Positions 45,301 to 60,432 of a stretch of 64,000 nucleotides of DNA are shown here, piece by piece (position 1 is the stretch's first letter; each line of letters begins with the position of its first letter). Location: contig NOWV01000198.1 in assembly GCA_003344405.1 (NCBI GenBank), positions 62,001 to 126,000 of the forward strand, read 5' to 3'. A model generated the notes under the pieces. The model was not told the origin of the DNA. It ran no database searches and saw only the letters and a list, made by a program, of their open reading frames with translations. The position numbers and the translations under genes are program-made. This DNA is from Trichoplax sp. H2. Taxonomy: Eukaryota.

Positions 45301-47860
45301 CAATAGCTAAATTGCACAAAATCTATCATTAATACTATCGAGACTTTAATAACGTTATGAAAGGATTCAAAGCTGTTTATCCAGCCCACCCCCTACTTTA
45401 GGACTTTGATTATGCTATTTTGCTGGACATTGTTTAATTTAGAATAGATTTAATTTCAACTTTTGTCATTAAACATATCGATATAATATATTTGAAGTAA
45501 TCTATATTGATGGAACATGGCACAAAAAATAGAGGAAACAAAAAAGTACTTAGCCAACTATGAACCTAATGTTTAATAATAGTTAACATTCAAACATCAC
45601 CTTCATTTACAACTATTTTATGTGTCTTATTTTCTTTCAAGCCGTAATAGTATTGCATTATTGACTAGCTTTATTTAATGGTAATGTTAGAAATGAGGTT
45701 GAAATAAAATTAATAAATGATCATTTTATTAAGTTGGCTAAAAATAAGGTTGAAATTTACTTGGATAGACATCAAAGCCATTGATAAAATAAGATTAATG
45801 AGCTATCATCTTCTTGAGTTGGCCATGGAAAAAGGATTCGATTCACGTACATCTACTTTCAGTCTAGATAGAATTGATTTGACAGCATGATAATGATTTT
45901 TTTGTCTATCCTTCATTTTTATAGGAACCTTTAAGTTAGTACTATTGTGTTTTCTAAAACGTCGTTACGAATTTCATTCCTTTTTTTCATTAAAATCCAT
46001 CCATTGATGTAATAAATGACGACATGCACTCATTTCTGTCTTGGTGTCTACGATTGTGTATCATACTTGTTTTGTCTTTTTACATATGACGATATCTATT
46101 TAATCATGTAGACTCTTCCATGACAGTAATACGTACTTGAGCTTAGCTACGCCAATCTATTTTCAATGAATATTGTATACAGCTGACAAAATAAATGAAT
46201 AAACATCCTAAGTGATGGGAATTATTTTGATTATCAAGTTACCGGATAGGGTGATCGATCAGTTTTGTCGAAAATGATCTGGTATTAATCATGTCTATAA
46301 AGCTACTATATAACAACGGTAGACGATCTGTTCGAGTCAAGCTCTATCCATCAAAATATTTCCATTATGACTGCAATGATGTTATTGTAAGGAAAGATAT
46401 TCACGTCTTGTATTTGTCATTCGACAATAACCAACATTCAGTCTTAGAGTCATGACTAGGGGATTAAGTAAACAGCTGAATAGCAAATAGAAAATGGAGA
46501 GAAAGGTATTAATTGATGATAATTAGGCATCCTAGACTGATAGGAAATGGATAGATCATATTTGATCGGGAATAAATCATTATGACCTTATACTTGACGT
46601 GAATTTTCAATCATGACCACATCATTTGCTCCTCCTCTTTCCCTTTTTTGAATAATAATTTTACCTCTCCCTTCTGTTCAATCATAAGAGTAATATTGAT
46701 CATTGATAAAAGTGAATATCTTATTGCTTACTTCGGGAATGATAACAATGATCAAACTGAAGTAATTAATATATAAGTATAGCTAGATGTTATTGTAAAA
46801 GCATAAATAAATTATTTTACGATTTAAACTTGACTCTGTTGATAGCATCTCCTATTCCGATAGAGCTAGACTTAATAAAATAGTCTCAGATCGAGATGAC
46901 GGATAGAATAATATTAAATAAAAGCAACTCAAGAATGAATATAACTGTTAGATCGAAAAAAATAAGAATGAAAGCCTTGTCGTCTTAAGTCGACTACTAA
47001 AGAGTATTGATTTAGTCGAAGTAATGATTAAACTTTTGATTAGTAAGGTGTAAATTAAGATTAACTACTAATATCTACAACATAGGATTGCCTTAGCTTT
47101 GAAATCTATCTGTGAGTTATTTTTAGATTATAGTCTAAAATATTCAAAACTAGAGTTTCCATGCAAGTATAGATACTATTTATTTTTGCTGTGGTCATTT
47201 ACGAAGATCGAATTAAAGTTATAATTAGGATAGTCCTTTCATTAAAATTAGTCTATCTATTGAAACTTTTCCTAACTACCTCCACCCCCATCTTCCTGGT
47301 CAACTTAATATAATTTCCTAATTATCATCAGAACTAGCAACAGCAACATCAAATATTGATTACCACAAGGAGTTATTTAATGTTGATGCTACTGGAAATG
47401 ATTTAATTTCTTTGATTGTTCAGCTTTGTGTATTAGACTTGTCGCTTACTTTCTTGTGACGTTATGTAACTATCTAAGTGATGTTATAACAGTTGTTTCT
47501 TCTTTAATTGGATTATAAACGAGGCAGGACGATTGACATAGATTTTTATTAATTACTGATTATAATGCAGTAAAATAGCTCCAATCTTAAGCTATAATTT
47601 TTAAGTTCCAATTTTCTTGTCGTATTCCGCTATACTTCCAAGGTTAAAGATCTTTTTGAGATAATTATGTCAATATTGGATTTATTTACATCAGCTTGAT
47701 TAAACAATAAACCAAAATTGAAAGTTTATGCGAAGATCCTGTAGACAATTAATTATTTTTATTCTTGATTTATATAGACAAAAATACCCAATCTTGACCA
47801 ATTTGTGATTTTGCATAAATTGAAAAATAGATCGAATAGAAGAGTATGTTTAAAAATAAC

Positions 47861-48570
47861 CTTAACATAGCTTTGAATCAATACTTAAAGGATTTAAGAC
47901 TGAAATTACGGTGTCTACCGGTGATTATTATCCAGTTATTCCTTTCTTCTTACGATAGCCTTGCATCAGTAATCAATCATTTATTTAATCAATACTTCAA
48001 AATTTATCCGTTACCATTTCCTTCTCATCATGATAGCTTTGAGTCGTTATTGGATAAATGATTTAATAGTTAAACTAACTACCATTAATTATTGTCCAGT
48101 TTATCCTTTCTTCTTACAGTAATGTCATATCCAAAATCAATTATATAATTATTTAGTAAGTAGTTCAAGTATACATCCATTACTATTTTTAAATTTTTTC
48201 TTTCTTCTTATAATAGCTTTGAATCAGTACGAAATAAGTTATTTTAATATTCTAAGTGTCTATAGATTATTATTATCCAAGTTTTCCTTCTTTCTACGAT
48301 AACTTTGGATCAATATTGAGTAAATTGCTCCACAATTCATTTTACTACCAGTTACTATAATTACAATTATTATCTAGTTTTATCTTTCTTGTTACCATAG
48401 CCTTGAATCATTGCTCTATAGTTTTATTCCACGATTTTAAACTCTACCGATTATAATCCGTTATTCCAGCTCTCTTTCTTTTTACGGTAACCTTAAATCA
48501 ATTTACTATAATTATATTGATTGTTAGAGCAATTGCCGGCTATTATCACGCAATTTTCTTTCCCAATCTT
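47861..48570. repeat. Degenerate tandem array, ~8-9 units, period 78-98 bp
   Basis: Core consensus ~TTATTATCCAGTTTTCCTTTCTTCTTACGATAGCTTTGAATCA; the ATAGC-equivalent anchor recurs at ~47867, 47955, 48033, 48119, 48213, 48299, 48397 and 48487. Confidence 0.8.
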
Positions 48571-51500
48571 TCATTAGAATCTTATTTATATAAAACTTTT
48601 TCACATATGTATATATCTATATAAAGTTATCAATACATAGTAGCTGGCATTCATTATTGCAAAACACTTCTTCCATATCATTGTTGAATTAGTAAATCAC
48701 CTTGCATCAGCACCTAAAGTAAATTATAAGGAATTATTGGCATTATGAAATAAAGCAATGAAAAAAGATGTTAATTAGGCATGTTAAAATTGAGTGTTTA
48801 GTTAAATAATGTCATTGTTGGATGAGCTCCACATTTACTTGAAAGTAGAGCGGCTTTTTTGAAGAGAAGTATCCTTGGTTACTGGACTTAATAGTAGACT
48901 CTAATCATCAAGTAGGATAACAACTGTAATATTATTCACAAAGTCAACATTTTTTACAACGAATAATCTAAAGTGGAATTGCAATAATATCATAGTGGAC
49001 ATATCACTCAATGTCAAAGAATAATGTAAATTTATTACTGCTTTTAATTACTGTTTCTAGCTTGCTGTTCAATAGGGTATCGTTTTTAAAACAAATTCCA
49101 CTTAAAATCGTCTCTACATGCCTATTCTTAGATCTTTCTTTCAAATATATGTACTGTATATTCATTATTTGTTATATCGCTGATTGAATAGTATATATGT
49201 ATATGTTATATACTTAACAGGGTAGAAAAAGATATAAATCGTCTAATTGATTCTTTCGTTCTACTTGTTTAAAGTGCTTTTGAAGTTATCACTCATTTTA
49301 GGATATTTTTCAATTCTTTCTGTTGATGATTTATCCATCCGACGATTACAGGTGCAATACTAAAGAACATTGTGTTATTTATGTAGGAAGCTACCATTTG
49401 AACTTTTCCCAGGTCCTACATCGAGTATTGATACGTTCCATTGGCCACTTCCTTATTATGCACGATCGGCAATTTCAATTACCAACTATAGACAGTTTAC
49501 AGTAGATTTCCTTCAATCGAATAGATTACATCAACAGATGCTTTCCAAAAATAAATATTGACTGATATAATCTATTGCAGTGGTTCACGTCTAATTTGTT
49601 CAATCCGTCAGTTAAAATATATAAAAGGTTACGTCTATTTTAGCGAAATAGTGTTCATCTTGAATTGGCTGAGGCTTAATTTTACGACTTTCATTTCTAA
49701 CCAAAAGGCACTATTTATTACCATGTCTACTTTTATCCAGTGCCAATACTACAGTAATAAAGCTATTTTTAAGTGAGTAACCTTAATATCTACTTTACTC
49801 AACATGTAAACAAAGTGAGTGAGTCAAGTATAGACTTCCGAGCTACCTGACGCTGAAAGAAAATGGTGGCTTTGGATAAATAAATTCTCATGTATTGACG
49901 ACACTTTTTATCCAATTTTAGCACCCTACTAATTATGTAATGATATGGATAACGCCAAGATTAAAACAAACCAAGATAACGATAAGAATTTTCAGTATTG
50001 CGCCATAGAGGAGCCGTATTTATACTATTACACATCCATGAACGAGATTGAACTCAATACTTGTGCCAATATAGACCATAAATTATTCTATCTTACCTTA
50101 GTAGGATGGATTAGTCCATGTAATCGTATATACCAATATTGCCCGGATATATCGCTTTAAAGATATATATGGCTGCCTGTCTATATAGGGAATCCTGTTG
50201 TCTTTTCTATAGACGTCCTTAGAATCCCATACTCAATCGATATAACTGCTTATTATGTAAGGATTTAATGCTTCCTATGTCAGGATAATAGGGGTCTGTA
50301 CGCATCTGTAGAGTTGGTAATTTGTTCAAAATTAGTTTATACTTCATAATTGATTCATTTTCACTACCGGTTAATCAACTTGACGTTCATGTTAGGGTGA
50401 TTCTAGTTGAAATTTCCAAGATTTTATTTGTCTATGTTAAGGTTAAAATCGATAGCATATGTTGGATATTAATAATATCACAACAGATGCTCATGTTAAA
50501 TTTTTGCTAGGTTAAGATATCATATATTGCTCTGGTTTTAACTCAAAAATTTATTACAGCAAATAAAGTCTATGATATCCATTACAAAAGCCTGAAATAA
50601 AGCAACTCTAACAATACAGAAGATGTCATATGAAATTATAGAATACCTTTTACAGCGTAATAAGGAACTTTACGTAAAGACAAAGTAACCTACAAATACT
50701 TCTAATTCATAGATAGACTTTGGATAGATCGATATTAGGGTAATAAAATTGTCTACTCATTTCTATAAAGGCGATGTATTTTCTGTCAAGAATCAAGTGA
50801 TCGTCACGTCTATCGACAGCCTGCAAGGAATGAATGAATGATTTGATATCAATTAATATTATAAATAAGGAATAGGCATTACGTCAAGATATTCTTGAAA
50901 ACTGATAAATGAATTAGTCAAGCAGACAATAATGTCCTCATTGTTGGTGAATTGACTAGGCTATAGTGAAGTTTAGAACTACTAAAGGACGATATCCTTA
51001 CAGACGAAAAATCCATTAGAAAACAAGAAAGGTATAAATAATTATATCATGATTGTTTCAAAAATATAAGCAAAGATGCTACCACTTTCCAGTTAGCTAA
51101 TGTACCATAGGCAATAAAAACATGATTGCCATAAATGATCTAATTTGAGCCTAGGTAGAAATAAAATTGAATTTTAAAGGTACTATGGCGTAACCTACCG
51201 TCTTATAAAACAAGTAATTAAAATGTGTTTTGTAATGACAAGATATCGAGGAAGAAGTTCCTAGAAATACTGAAGTGATGATGACGAAGGCGTAAAAAAA
51301 TTGATAAAAATTTCATTATCTTGGGAGAATTGTATAATGATGAAAGAAGATAATTGTAATAGCCAATAGAAAGGGTTTTTATCCGGTTTACACTTGCCTT
51401 AACAATACGGTTTAAGATTGCATTTAGGATAATCCACGCGCCCTAAAACATTAAAATTCTACTTTCTTTTTCTCTTTAGTATTTCATTATGCTTATTAAA

Positions 51501-54500
51501 TTAACGAACGATTCGGTCTAAACTTCGATTTCAAGGCTTACTTCCGTAGTAGATTATACAATTTCAATACCTCTATACACTACTAGTTTATAATAATAGT
51601 TACTCATTATTTATTCCAAATTTTGGTAAAATGAGATAATGTATTACCGGAAAAGGATGACTCAGGATGTTAAAGATATTATACGACCAATATGACCCGA
51701 CGTGCTACCGTAAATCTCCGAAATACTTATTTTACGCTTAAAATGAGTAGTATGTACATGTAATATAGAATATTAATATATTAAAACAGCCTCTTTGGAA
51801 TTTAGTACCTACTGACAGACTATATATATGTTTCATGGAAATTTTTGTAAAGAGAGAGGTTTTATTAGTAGAAAAGCGTAATATTAGATATTCCTGTTAT
51901 TATTGCATTCTCTATGACAAATTAAAGACGGCAGTGCAATTTCATCCACAAGTTACATTATACTGTCTGAGCGTACAGTAGTTCGATATCAAAGAATGGT
52001 ACAGTATAATGATAGATAACACTGTAAAAGTATTTGCCTGTCATTTCTATATGAAAAGTTAAGCCTAAAATTTTGGCTGCATATCGGACTGGCTCGGACT
52101 TCGTTCTAGCTGCGTTTAGTTTTAGGTTATTAGTGCTCCTAGATAGCTACTAATGGTTTGAACTACTTATTGTAAAAATTTTTATTATATTATAGAGCCT
52201 TAAATAAAAATTGTCTTTCACGGATAATGAAATATTTTATTTTCGGAGGAACGATTCTGTACTCACAGATAGCATTACACCTCCAGTTGTAGTTTACAAT
52301 TTGTCCAAATAGCCTGAAGCATATTAAATTTTATTAAGTAATCTAAATTAATTGATAAACTAGATTGAGGAATGATATGGCTGAAAATAACTTTTGACTA
52401 ATACGATACTTCGTAATCCGTATACAGATGCTAGATAGTAGTAATGAATGAGCTTATGACAAACCTTGTCGACATATTGATTAACAAAATAGATATGAAA
52501 TGAATAATTACTTAATTAGCTTTAGGAAGCGTATGTATTGGTTGTTTATATCGTTCGATTTGGCATGATAGATAATAATCGTCCGGAAAACAATCATAAA
52601 GGGTAATATAATATGATTTCAATTGTATTTATAATTGATATAGAAATAAAATCTACAGTTGCTAGGATAAAATTAAGATGATAAGAATGTTAAAATCGCT
52701 TAGTCTTTGTTTATCTACTCCATCTGCTCTGACAAGAGTCCATCGCCGATTATCTTAGATATTTTAAATTATTGGAATGTTCCATCCTATTTGGTAATAA
52801 TTTCTTTATTAAACATGAAGGCATGGATTTGAAGCTTATAAAAAACCTATTGAATGTTTTATCAAAAATGATAATGCTTATAATACCGCATATATTCTCG
52901 TATTAATGTAATGGTCTAAAGTCTGACAATACCGCTTTTAAGATCAGTAGCTTCAAGGATTTGCTAATTAACAGAAATGAATTAATTGGACGATTTTTGG
53001 ACTGTTTTGTATACGTTGAATGGAATAGCCGAAAAATAATGCCAGAATTGTATAGAGGCAGTAAAGTGGTAATATTTGAAAGCCTTTGTATTTTATTTCG
53101 AAGATATCTAGTTATCCAGATACGCATCGTATCATCAGAGATACTCTTAATGATGCTGAATATATTAATTGGCTTTTGAAAGCCGCAATTGTTATAGACA
53201 TTGTAAGAATCGATGTCATTCTTAGCAATAATATTGAAATATCAAAGTCTGCTCATAATATTTTGTTACTGATTCTAATTTCATAACGATAATTTTTTTC
53301 GAAGACATTTGGTTGTGTGGAGACAAGTTATGATTAAAGCTATCCTTAATAATACAAAAAATTTTATTAATTTGCTTACAAAACCTGCAATTGTCGTAGA
53401 TATTGAAAAATTAAACTCAGCTGTAGCGACAATGTTGCGGTATCATGGCTTGCCCGTGGAACTTTGAGATTAATTCAACACGCATCTTCATGGTTTCATC
53501 TACTATATTAACATTTAAAAGATTTTAGTTATGCAGATTTCCAGTTATAGCTTAAGATACTCTCAATTAGTAAAATTATTTATTAGTGACTTGTAAAGGT
53601 TGTACTTATTGTAGAAACTATGAGATTTGGTGCGGTCTTGATACGAATATTGAATTACTGAGCTAACGGAATTTGCCTGCATAATTATGGCTGTTTTATT
53701 AGTGATACGAGTATTATCTTGATGTAGACAACAGGATACATCCAAGAATAATAGAATATGTCAATATCAAACTTTGTTAATCAAGGTTTCCCCAAAGCTG
53801 TAAATAATTGATTACTTATTGATCTAAATTTATAATTGTTTATGCACCAATGCATGTAAATACTTGCTATACGCGTATTCGATGAAAATTGATTTAATTT
53901 CAGCGCGTTTGAAACCTTTACCTACTGTTAAATCCATATAGACGTGATTAATTTTAAGTAGGTACCCAAAAGACTTCTTATACTCCTAGAAGTTGTTATA
54001 TTCGTAATATTAAACGTATTATATCTTTGTTTCAGCTCTCTTTACTTAATTTATAATTTAACATATTTGACAGAAGATAAGAAATATCACAAACTGAAAG
54101 CTTGTCATGACCATTAAGTCTAAAATTAAATTTCCAATCAGTAACGTAGCTAAATATGCCATAACTCCTCATATCTTCTTATTATATAAAAATATTAATT
54201 TCATCCTATAAATTACGTTTAATATAGATCTAACCGTAAATAATTTTATAAATATGTTTAACCCTTACAATTTGACGTGGTTTGATTCTATAAAATATTT
54301 GCCTATACGACAAATAAGTCATATTTAATTTTTGTTGAATTCTATGCCGGCATATTAGCTGCAAACTCCAAAAAGATCTTGATACGAACCCATATGAACA
54401 TTTATGAGCTAGTTCTAGTTGTTTTAATCAACCTCAGCTTCGATAATGAACTTGCTTTTATGCTATTAATTCATAGCATAAAATGAAGACAATGATTTTC

Positions 54501-57500
54501 ATCTTGTTCATCTACATGAATATTTTTTATGCCTTTCCCCTATATATTAAACATGACAAATTACAACATCAAAATTTATGCGGTGACTAAGAGCGATGAT
54601 CGTAAATTTGTTAATATGCCAACACTTGCAAATCCATGAAAGAGTTCCTCATGGCAGATCATCAATGTATTCGGACTTGCATCGCATAAATTCGGCCATA
54701 TAGGTGATAGATTAATGTAACGCAAAATTAATTGATGATTCTAATCGTTAAGGAATAAATACGATTACATAATCATCAATAGAAAAAATCTTAGTCTATT
54801 TATTATAATAGCTATGGCAATGATATTGATTGAATGTATTAATTGAGTTCGGTCCTATGCTATTCATTAGCTGCTGATATCCGTAAGCTTTAAGATCCAT
54901 CCTACTGTTCTTATTGGAAATATCGCTAAAACTTTTCCGTATAATGCGTACTGCTGGTAATACAGTATACTTATTTTTTTCAAATCAGACTACTAAAGAT
55001 CATTGTTGCCGGTATCAAATGAAATTATTCGCATATTCTTTATGTTAAAGTGAACCTGCAGTTGTAAAATGTTTGCTTGGTTATAATTATTATTAAAATT
55101 GTCAGAATTTGCATAAGTTTACGATTATAGCTTATTATTAAATTCTTACAGTTGTAGAACAGCCTAAAAATCATAATTTTGAGGCTGGTCTAAAGCAGTA
55201 AGAACTTAATAATGATAATCGTTTACACTATTCTTCATTAGATTGATCGTTATCAACCGTTGATATATTGCCATCTTTACGAAATTTTACTGGTGATTAT
55301 GATAAAATTATTGCTTGACTTTTAATTATTTAGATCGCTGTAGATATTAATTAATTAATAAGATCATTCTTTATGGAAATTTAAATAATAAAGAAAGCTT
55401 TTGGATTCCTTTTTAAACAATAATAACCTTCCGGATGTAATCACCTAGATGTGGTTAATTAAACATAAAATTGCAATGATTATTAAGGCATTATCTGCCT
55501 CTGATGATGCAGTTTATTTCTCTCACCGATTCCGGTCACCACCGGTTCATTATGATCCTTACTTTATATCACTAACTTCATTAAGATAGTTTTTAGTTTT
55601 GGGCTATAGTTCATAAGTCATTTATGTAAACTAAGAAGTTTTCAAATATGAAGAAAGATAATAATCGACTATAATAATTAGGTTAAACTTAGATTGAAAA
55701 ATTAACTAACAATTATGAAATTTTTATCGTTATTGTTTTCCTAAGAGACTATCCAAGTTTATACGTGTTGGTATTACGATTCCATTACGAGATTCTTTAA
55801 GATATTTTGCCTGTATTTACAGAAATTCTTACTGATTTCACTTGGGCAGTTTTTAATGTTGGCTATAGACTTAAATATTAATCGTTTACTGATCTGAATA
55901 TGCTAATATGTTTACGTAAGATTAGCATAGCATGTAGTGGAGTGCATGGAGACAAAATAGGATACTTGGACTACTCAAGAAGGCGATAAGGCAATGTATG
56001 GACTACTTAGATAGTTAAATGTTGTGCCCTTAAATTAGTAGAATCTTTGAAATTACGGAAGCTGATAAACATAGATCTACTAGGACTACTACTGTAGAGT
56101 TCTGTGCGTACTGGTTGGAGACAACTGCTGGTTTCTTCAATCCCTGTGTAGAGCTATGTACTTCTCTAATTTCAATTAGACTCAAAGAAATTTTTTGAAA
56201 GAAATTTAAATTATGGATAATACTAGCTCTTGCCTTTGAACGTAGCGGCGACTGCATGAGTGCATATTGATTTAATTGTGTTCAACCTTAATCAACAACA
56301 CTTTTTGAAAAATAAAAAAACGAATGGTAACTGCGATAGCAGTTTTCTTCGCCGATCTTGATGCGATATTTTTTAATATATAGTTATGCCGATGACAAAA
56401 GGATACCTATATTTGATTTGGTAAACAGTCATGTTTAGTATATTTCTGTTGGGGTCAGTTTGAATAATTATTTAGCTGGTTTAAATAGTTTTATACAAAA
56501 TTCGAGAATTTGAATTTTTGAATTAATTTAATTACTCTTGTAACAGCGTATGCAGCACCTAAACGCAACGATAACTTCCACATTTGAAGTCTATCTGGTT
56601 ATTAATTAAATCGTATTATTGGCAATAAGGATTTGTATATATAACTATACGAAGTTGGTATCTTGTAAAAAATAACAGATGCTTCTGTATGGATTTATGC
56701 AAACCTTACCGATTATATCATTTCAACTAACTCCGTCATTTCTACATCTTAAAGAGATAACGTTAGTAAATTATCCCGATTAACATTTTAAATTTTAGTA
56801 CCCTTACTATGCTGATTGACAATATTGTTGTCAGGATAACGGCGTAATTTTATTATTAGCATCAAAACGCTAACTTGACATTGATTTAGCGATTGATTGA
56901 AGCAAGATAAATGCAGAAAAATTCGACATTGATTGCTCGGTGGTTTAAAATATTATTCCGTAACATGGCCTTGTTAATGTTAACAATGGCTTACGAAAGA
57001 AGTTTCGACATGAAATAAAGACAAAAACATTAATAATAAGTTCAGATATGATATTAATAGTAATTTAAACTAGTGCGATATACTATTTAATTTTAAATAC
57101 ACATGGCATTAATTGAATATAAATTACAAGATCATGGCATCGTTATAATCAATAACTTTCTATTTCAGAAATGTGACTACGTGGCATAAAGTCATTTAAA
57201 GTAATCGAAAAAATATAATGGTTATTCATGTTATGATAACGTGTTGTAAACAAGGTATTATGCTAGATTCTTGCTTAAAATACATAGCCATCTACGTTAG
57301 ATACATTATGTTATTAAAACAAGCATAATTTTATGCTACCATTAAACCATTAAAAAGTATTGACATTATAGGTTTGATTCGAGATATGGTACCTATCGAA
57401 TGAGGTAGAATTCCAACAACTAAATTTTAAATCAGTTTTACTTGAATCGTTAGAAATAATAACATTAAGGTAGAATAACAAAGTGATTGTTCTAACCAAT

Positions 57501-57978
57501 TATTACAATGTAACATGATTTTTTGCAGAACATGTTGATTTTATTTGTTTCTCTTGACATTATTTAATAATTGACTAATCAATAGTAGTTGTACTGGTAT
57601 AGTAAATCGGTAAGATTGATTAACTGATTTTGTTATACAATAATAATGATCAGGCAGTTATCGCATCTCATGCTTTGATAACGCGAATAACATAATTAGG
57701 ATCGGTCTATTCCATAGCTATAGATTACTGTTTTAACCCTACAATTATAGTGATCTCGATTTCGTGTCAAATATTGGTATAACAATCTCCTGACCTTATC
57801 GGTATTGACAGCTCAAGAAAATTAGATCGATTATTCTTATATCTCCATAATCTATCAGATGCTACTTAGATAGTGATATTCAAACCCTTTATATACCAAA
57901 CTTTCGGAAGAATACATATTCAACAAGCTCGAAAGGAGCTGAGGAATTATTACATAAATATATATACATCTTTTACAG

Positions 57979-60117
57979 TTATTGACCAATTTCAATCCTT
58001 TCGTTACAATTGACACGTTTATCAATTTCGAGTTGTGCTGCTGCTACCTGATTTTTAATCTGTTTGACCTTTAACAGTACACCCTCTGACGGTAATTAGT
58101 AAAAGAAATTTAGACAATCAATTGAAACTAATAAATTTTCGGATTTATTTTAAGTAAAAGTTATATCAGTGATAATATATCAGTACTAAAAGAAACCTAC
58201 CGGCTCTTGTAATAGCTTCTACAAGTTGTTGGCGAGCCTGTGCATTTTCTTCTTGTAATCTTTCGATCGCTTTTTCCTACATCGATAAATCATAACAATG
58301 ATGCATGAGTAAAGAAAATTAAGAAATGCAGTTTACATTCAGTCAAGTAAGAAAATACATTATCAGTTTTAGAAGAAAAGTTATTATTTTATTCTTTGAA
58401 ATTATCCATTTTAATTTTAATGATGGTTACTCTCCGTAGTATTTCGGTTACAATGTAGTAGACTACTTGTGCCATTCATTGTGAAAAACCCTAAGCGCTT
58501 AGTTCCAATTATTAAATTACGAAATGGATTTTTAAGTTTATAGTCATAATCATTGTCATATTCAACTCTATCTTTGTTTGATATTGGTATCAACTTCTGC
58601 TAGCTGACGACAACTTGATTTTAGCAGTGCTTTTGTATATATATATATATATGACGGTTATGATTTGACGCATCAGAGTGTTACAGATGTTTTTACATGG
58701 AATTGGATTACATTATGTAACAGTCGATGAAGAGGATATCATTTTCGTTGCTATTCTGGCTCTGTCCTGCTTTATACGTATTTGGTTGAATTTGTTTAAC
58801 CATTATTCATTAGTAATAGTGGACGTAGAGTAAATGACGGCTTTAGATGCGGCCTGTCCTGTCTAAATCAGTAACATCAACGAATGCTTGCAATGCAAAT
58901 ACCTGATTTTGTTGCGAGACACGAATATCGGGTAAGGAAGTAATAATGTAGTCGATATCTTGAGCGGTCCGAGTAATCAAGGTAGCAAAAACGTCTAAAT
59001 TGTCTATCGTTATAGCAAGAAAGAATGTTTTAGTTGAAGGTCAAGTTGAACTTCATATATCTACACTCTTCTAGGTAGATTAAATATACTTTGTGTCATT
59101 TCATTGACAGGAATTACAGTATTGGCATTAATCATACTGCTTTTAAATGATTCTTTATCATGATACATTACTTCTTTTACTTCGTAATTAATTTTTTATA
59201 CGCAACTGTGGTACTGTATGGCAGGAATTTTAATAATGAGTGCAGATAGGTAGCACAACTTACTTTCTACATTTTCACCATTCGTAGTCGGATTGTGAAC
59301 GGCTAGATAGGATACCGTGTTTGAATAGAGAATTTGGTTAGTTTGCATCCATTGAATACTTAATAAGCCTATAAGCATAGTCTAGAAATTCATGAAAGTA
59401 TTTTATACGCATACAGTCATCGACGATCAAAAAGACAGTTTGTAGAAACAGTTGGGTTAGTCGACGTCTGGTAAATTCTTAATCACTTCATATAGTACTG
59501 AAGGCATACAGTAGATATCATATAGGCTGTTGGTCGGATGATTCAACATCCCTGGAAGTATTCTATACTATTCATTATCAAAATCACTTTTGCATTCTAG
59601 GGTTATATTAAGTAAGAATCATCATCAATCCATTTTGTATGATACGCAGTATGCACAACTGTCTATTGTATAGCCAACTCAAGTAGTCAGAGTAAGGCTA
59701 TACTTATTTTATGGTCAGACTAAAAGTAGAAACGCTTCTAGCTTAGCTATGAAATACCAGTCGATAGTTACTATAGGGTTGAATATGATACACGTATACT
59801 CTATAGAGCCTACTTATGGATTTATTCGTGGAGATATAGTACTACTCAACTGACTATATCCTACCTCGGTCGTGGCTTTCAAATTCATCAAAATAACTTA
59901 ACGGCGCCGATTGTTGTAGAACTCCAACGCTGTCGCAAAGATGTTGAGCTAGCTGTTATAATTATGCATAATATACAGAAATAAAAGGTAGAATTAAAGC
60001 TAAAATGATTTACAAGATAACTTGATGAATATTGTTCAATCTACTTGCATGGATCAATCAATCTAATCAACTTACTTGGTTGACAGCGTCTTGTAACTGC
60101 GATAATCTGTCCGCCAT
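57979..60117 (-). CDS. MED21: Mediator complex subunit 21 (Srb7); 5 exons
   Basis: MADRLSQLQDAVNQ | LAQHLCDSVGVLQQSAP | FATLITRTAQDIDYIITSLP | LQEENAQARQQLVEAI | GVLLKVKQIKNQVAAAQL. Exons ~60076-60117, 59866-59950, 58903-59003, 58201-58276, 57979-58086. Confidence 0.94.
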
Positions 60118-60174
60118 GTTGGTATGTTACTGTCAATCAATTGTAGTCCAGGCATGCGTGCAAGTGGTCCAGTC

Positions 60175-60432
60175 TACAGTACTTTATACACTACCAGAGT
60201 TATAGTATGGAAACCGGACGCGGAGCCGTACAACACGGTACAGTATGGTACACTGTATACTGATTATGACCATGAGCATTGCGGGTACAGTGTACAGTAC
60301 GCTGTACTGTAGGTGGAAAGGCGAGCGTGGTTCTGGATAATGCCATTGTTTTACTACAGTAGCAAGTGACAATACTACAGTATCTAAGGGTACTGTACAC
60401 TGTACAGTTGTTGTACTGTACAGTAGAGTACA
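60175..60432. promoter_or_regulatory. MED21/MMAB bidirectional promoter with pentamer cluster
   Basis: ATGs 356 bp apart; repeated GTACAGT, GTACTGTAC and ACTGTACAGT words fill the gap. Confidence 0.6.

Noticed and set aside
47861..48570. CRISPR array
   Set aside because: Eukaryotic intron-rich context, no cas genes, cores too divergent and non-palindromic, and spacers weakly related to each other.
49323..49776. Overlapping short ORFs as a possible gene or GPS-domain relic
   Set aside because: No consistent frame, splice pattern or convincing motif on either strand.
58636..58652. (TA)n microsatellite in a MED21 intron
   Set aside because: Short and ordinary for an AT-rich genome.
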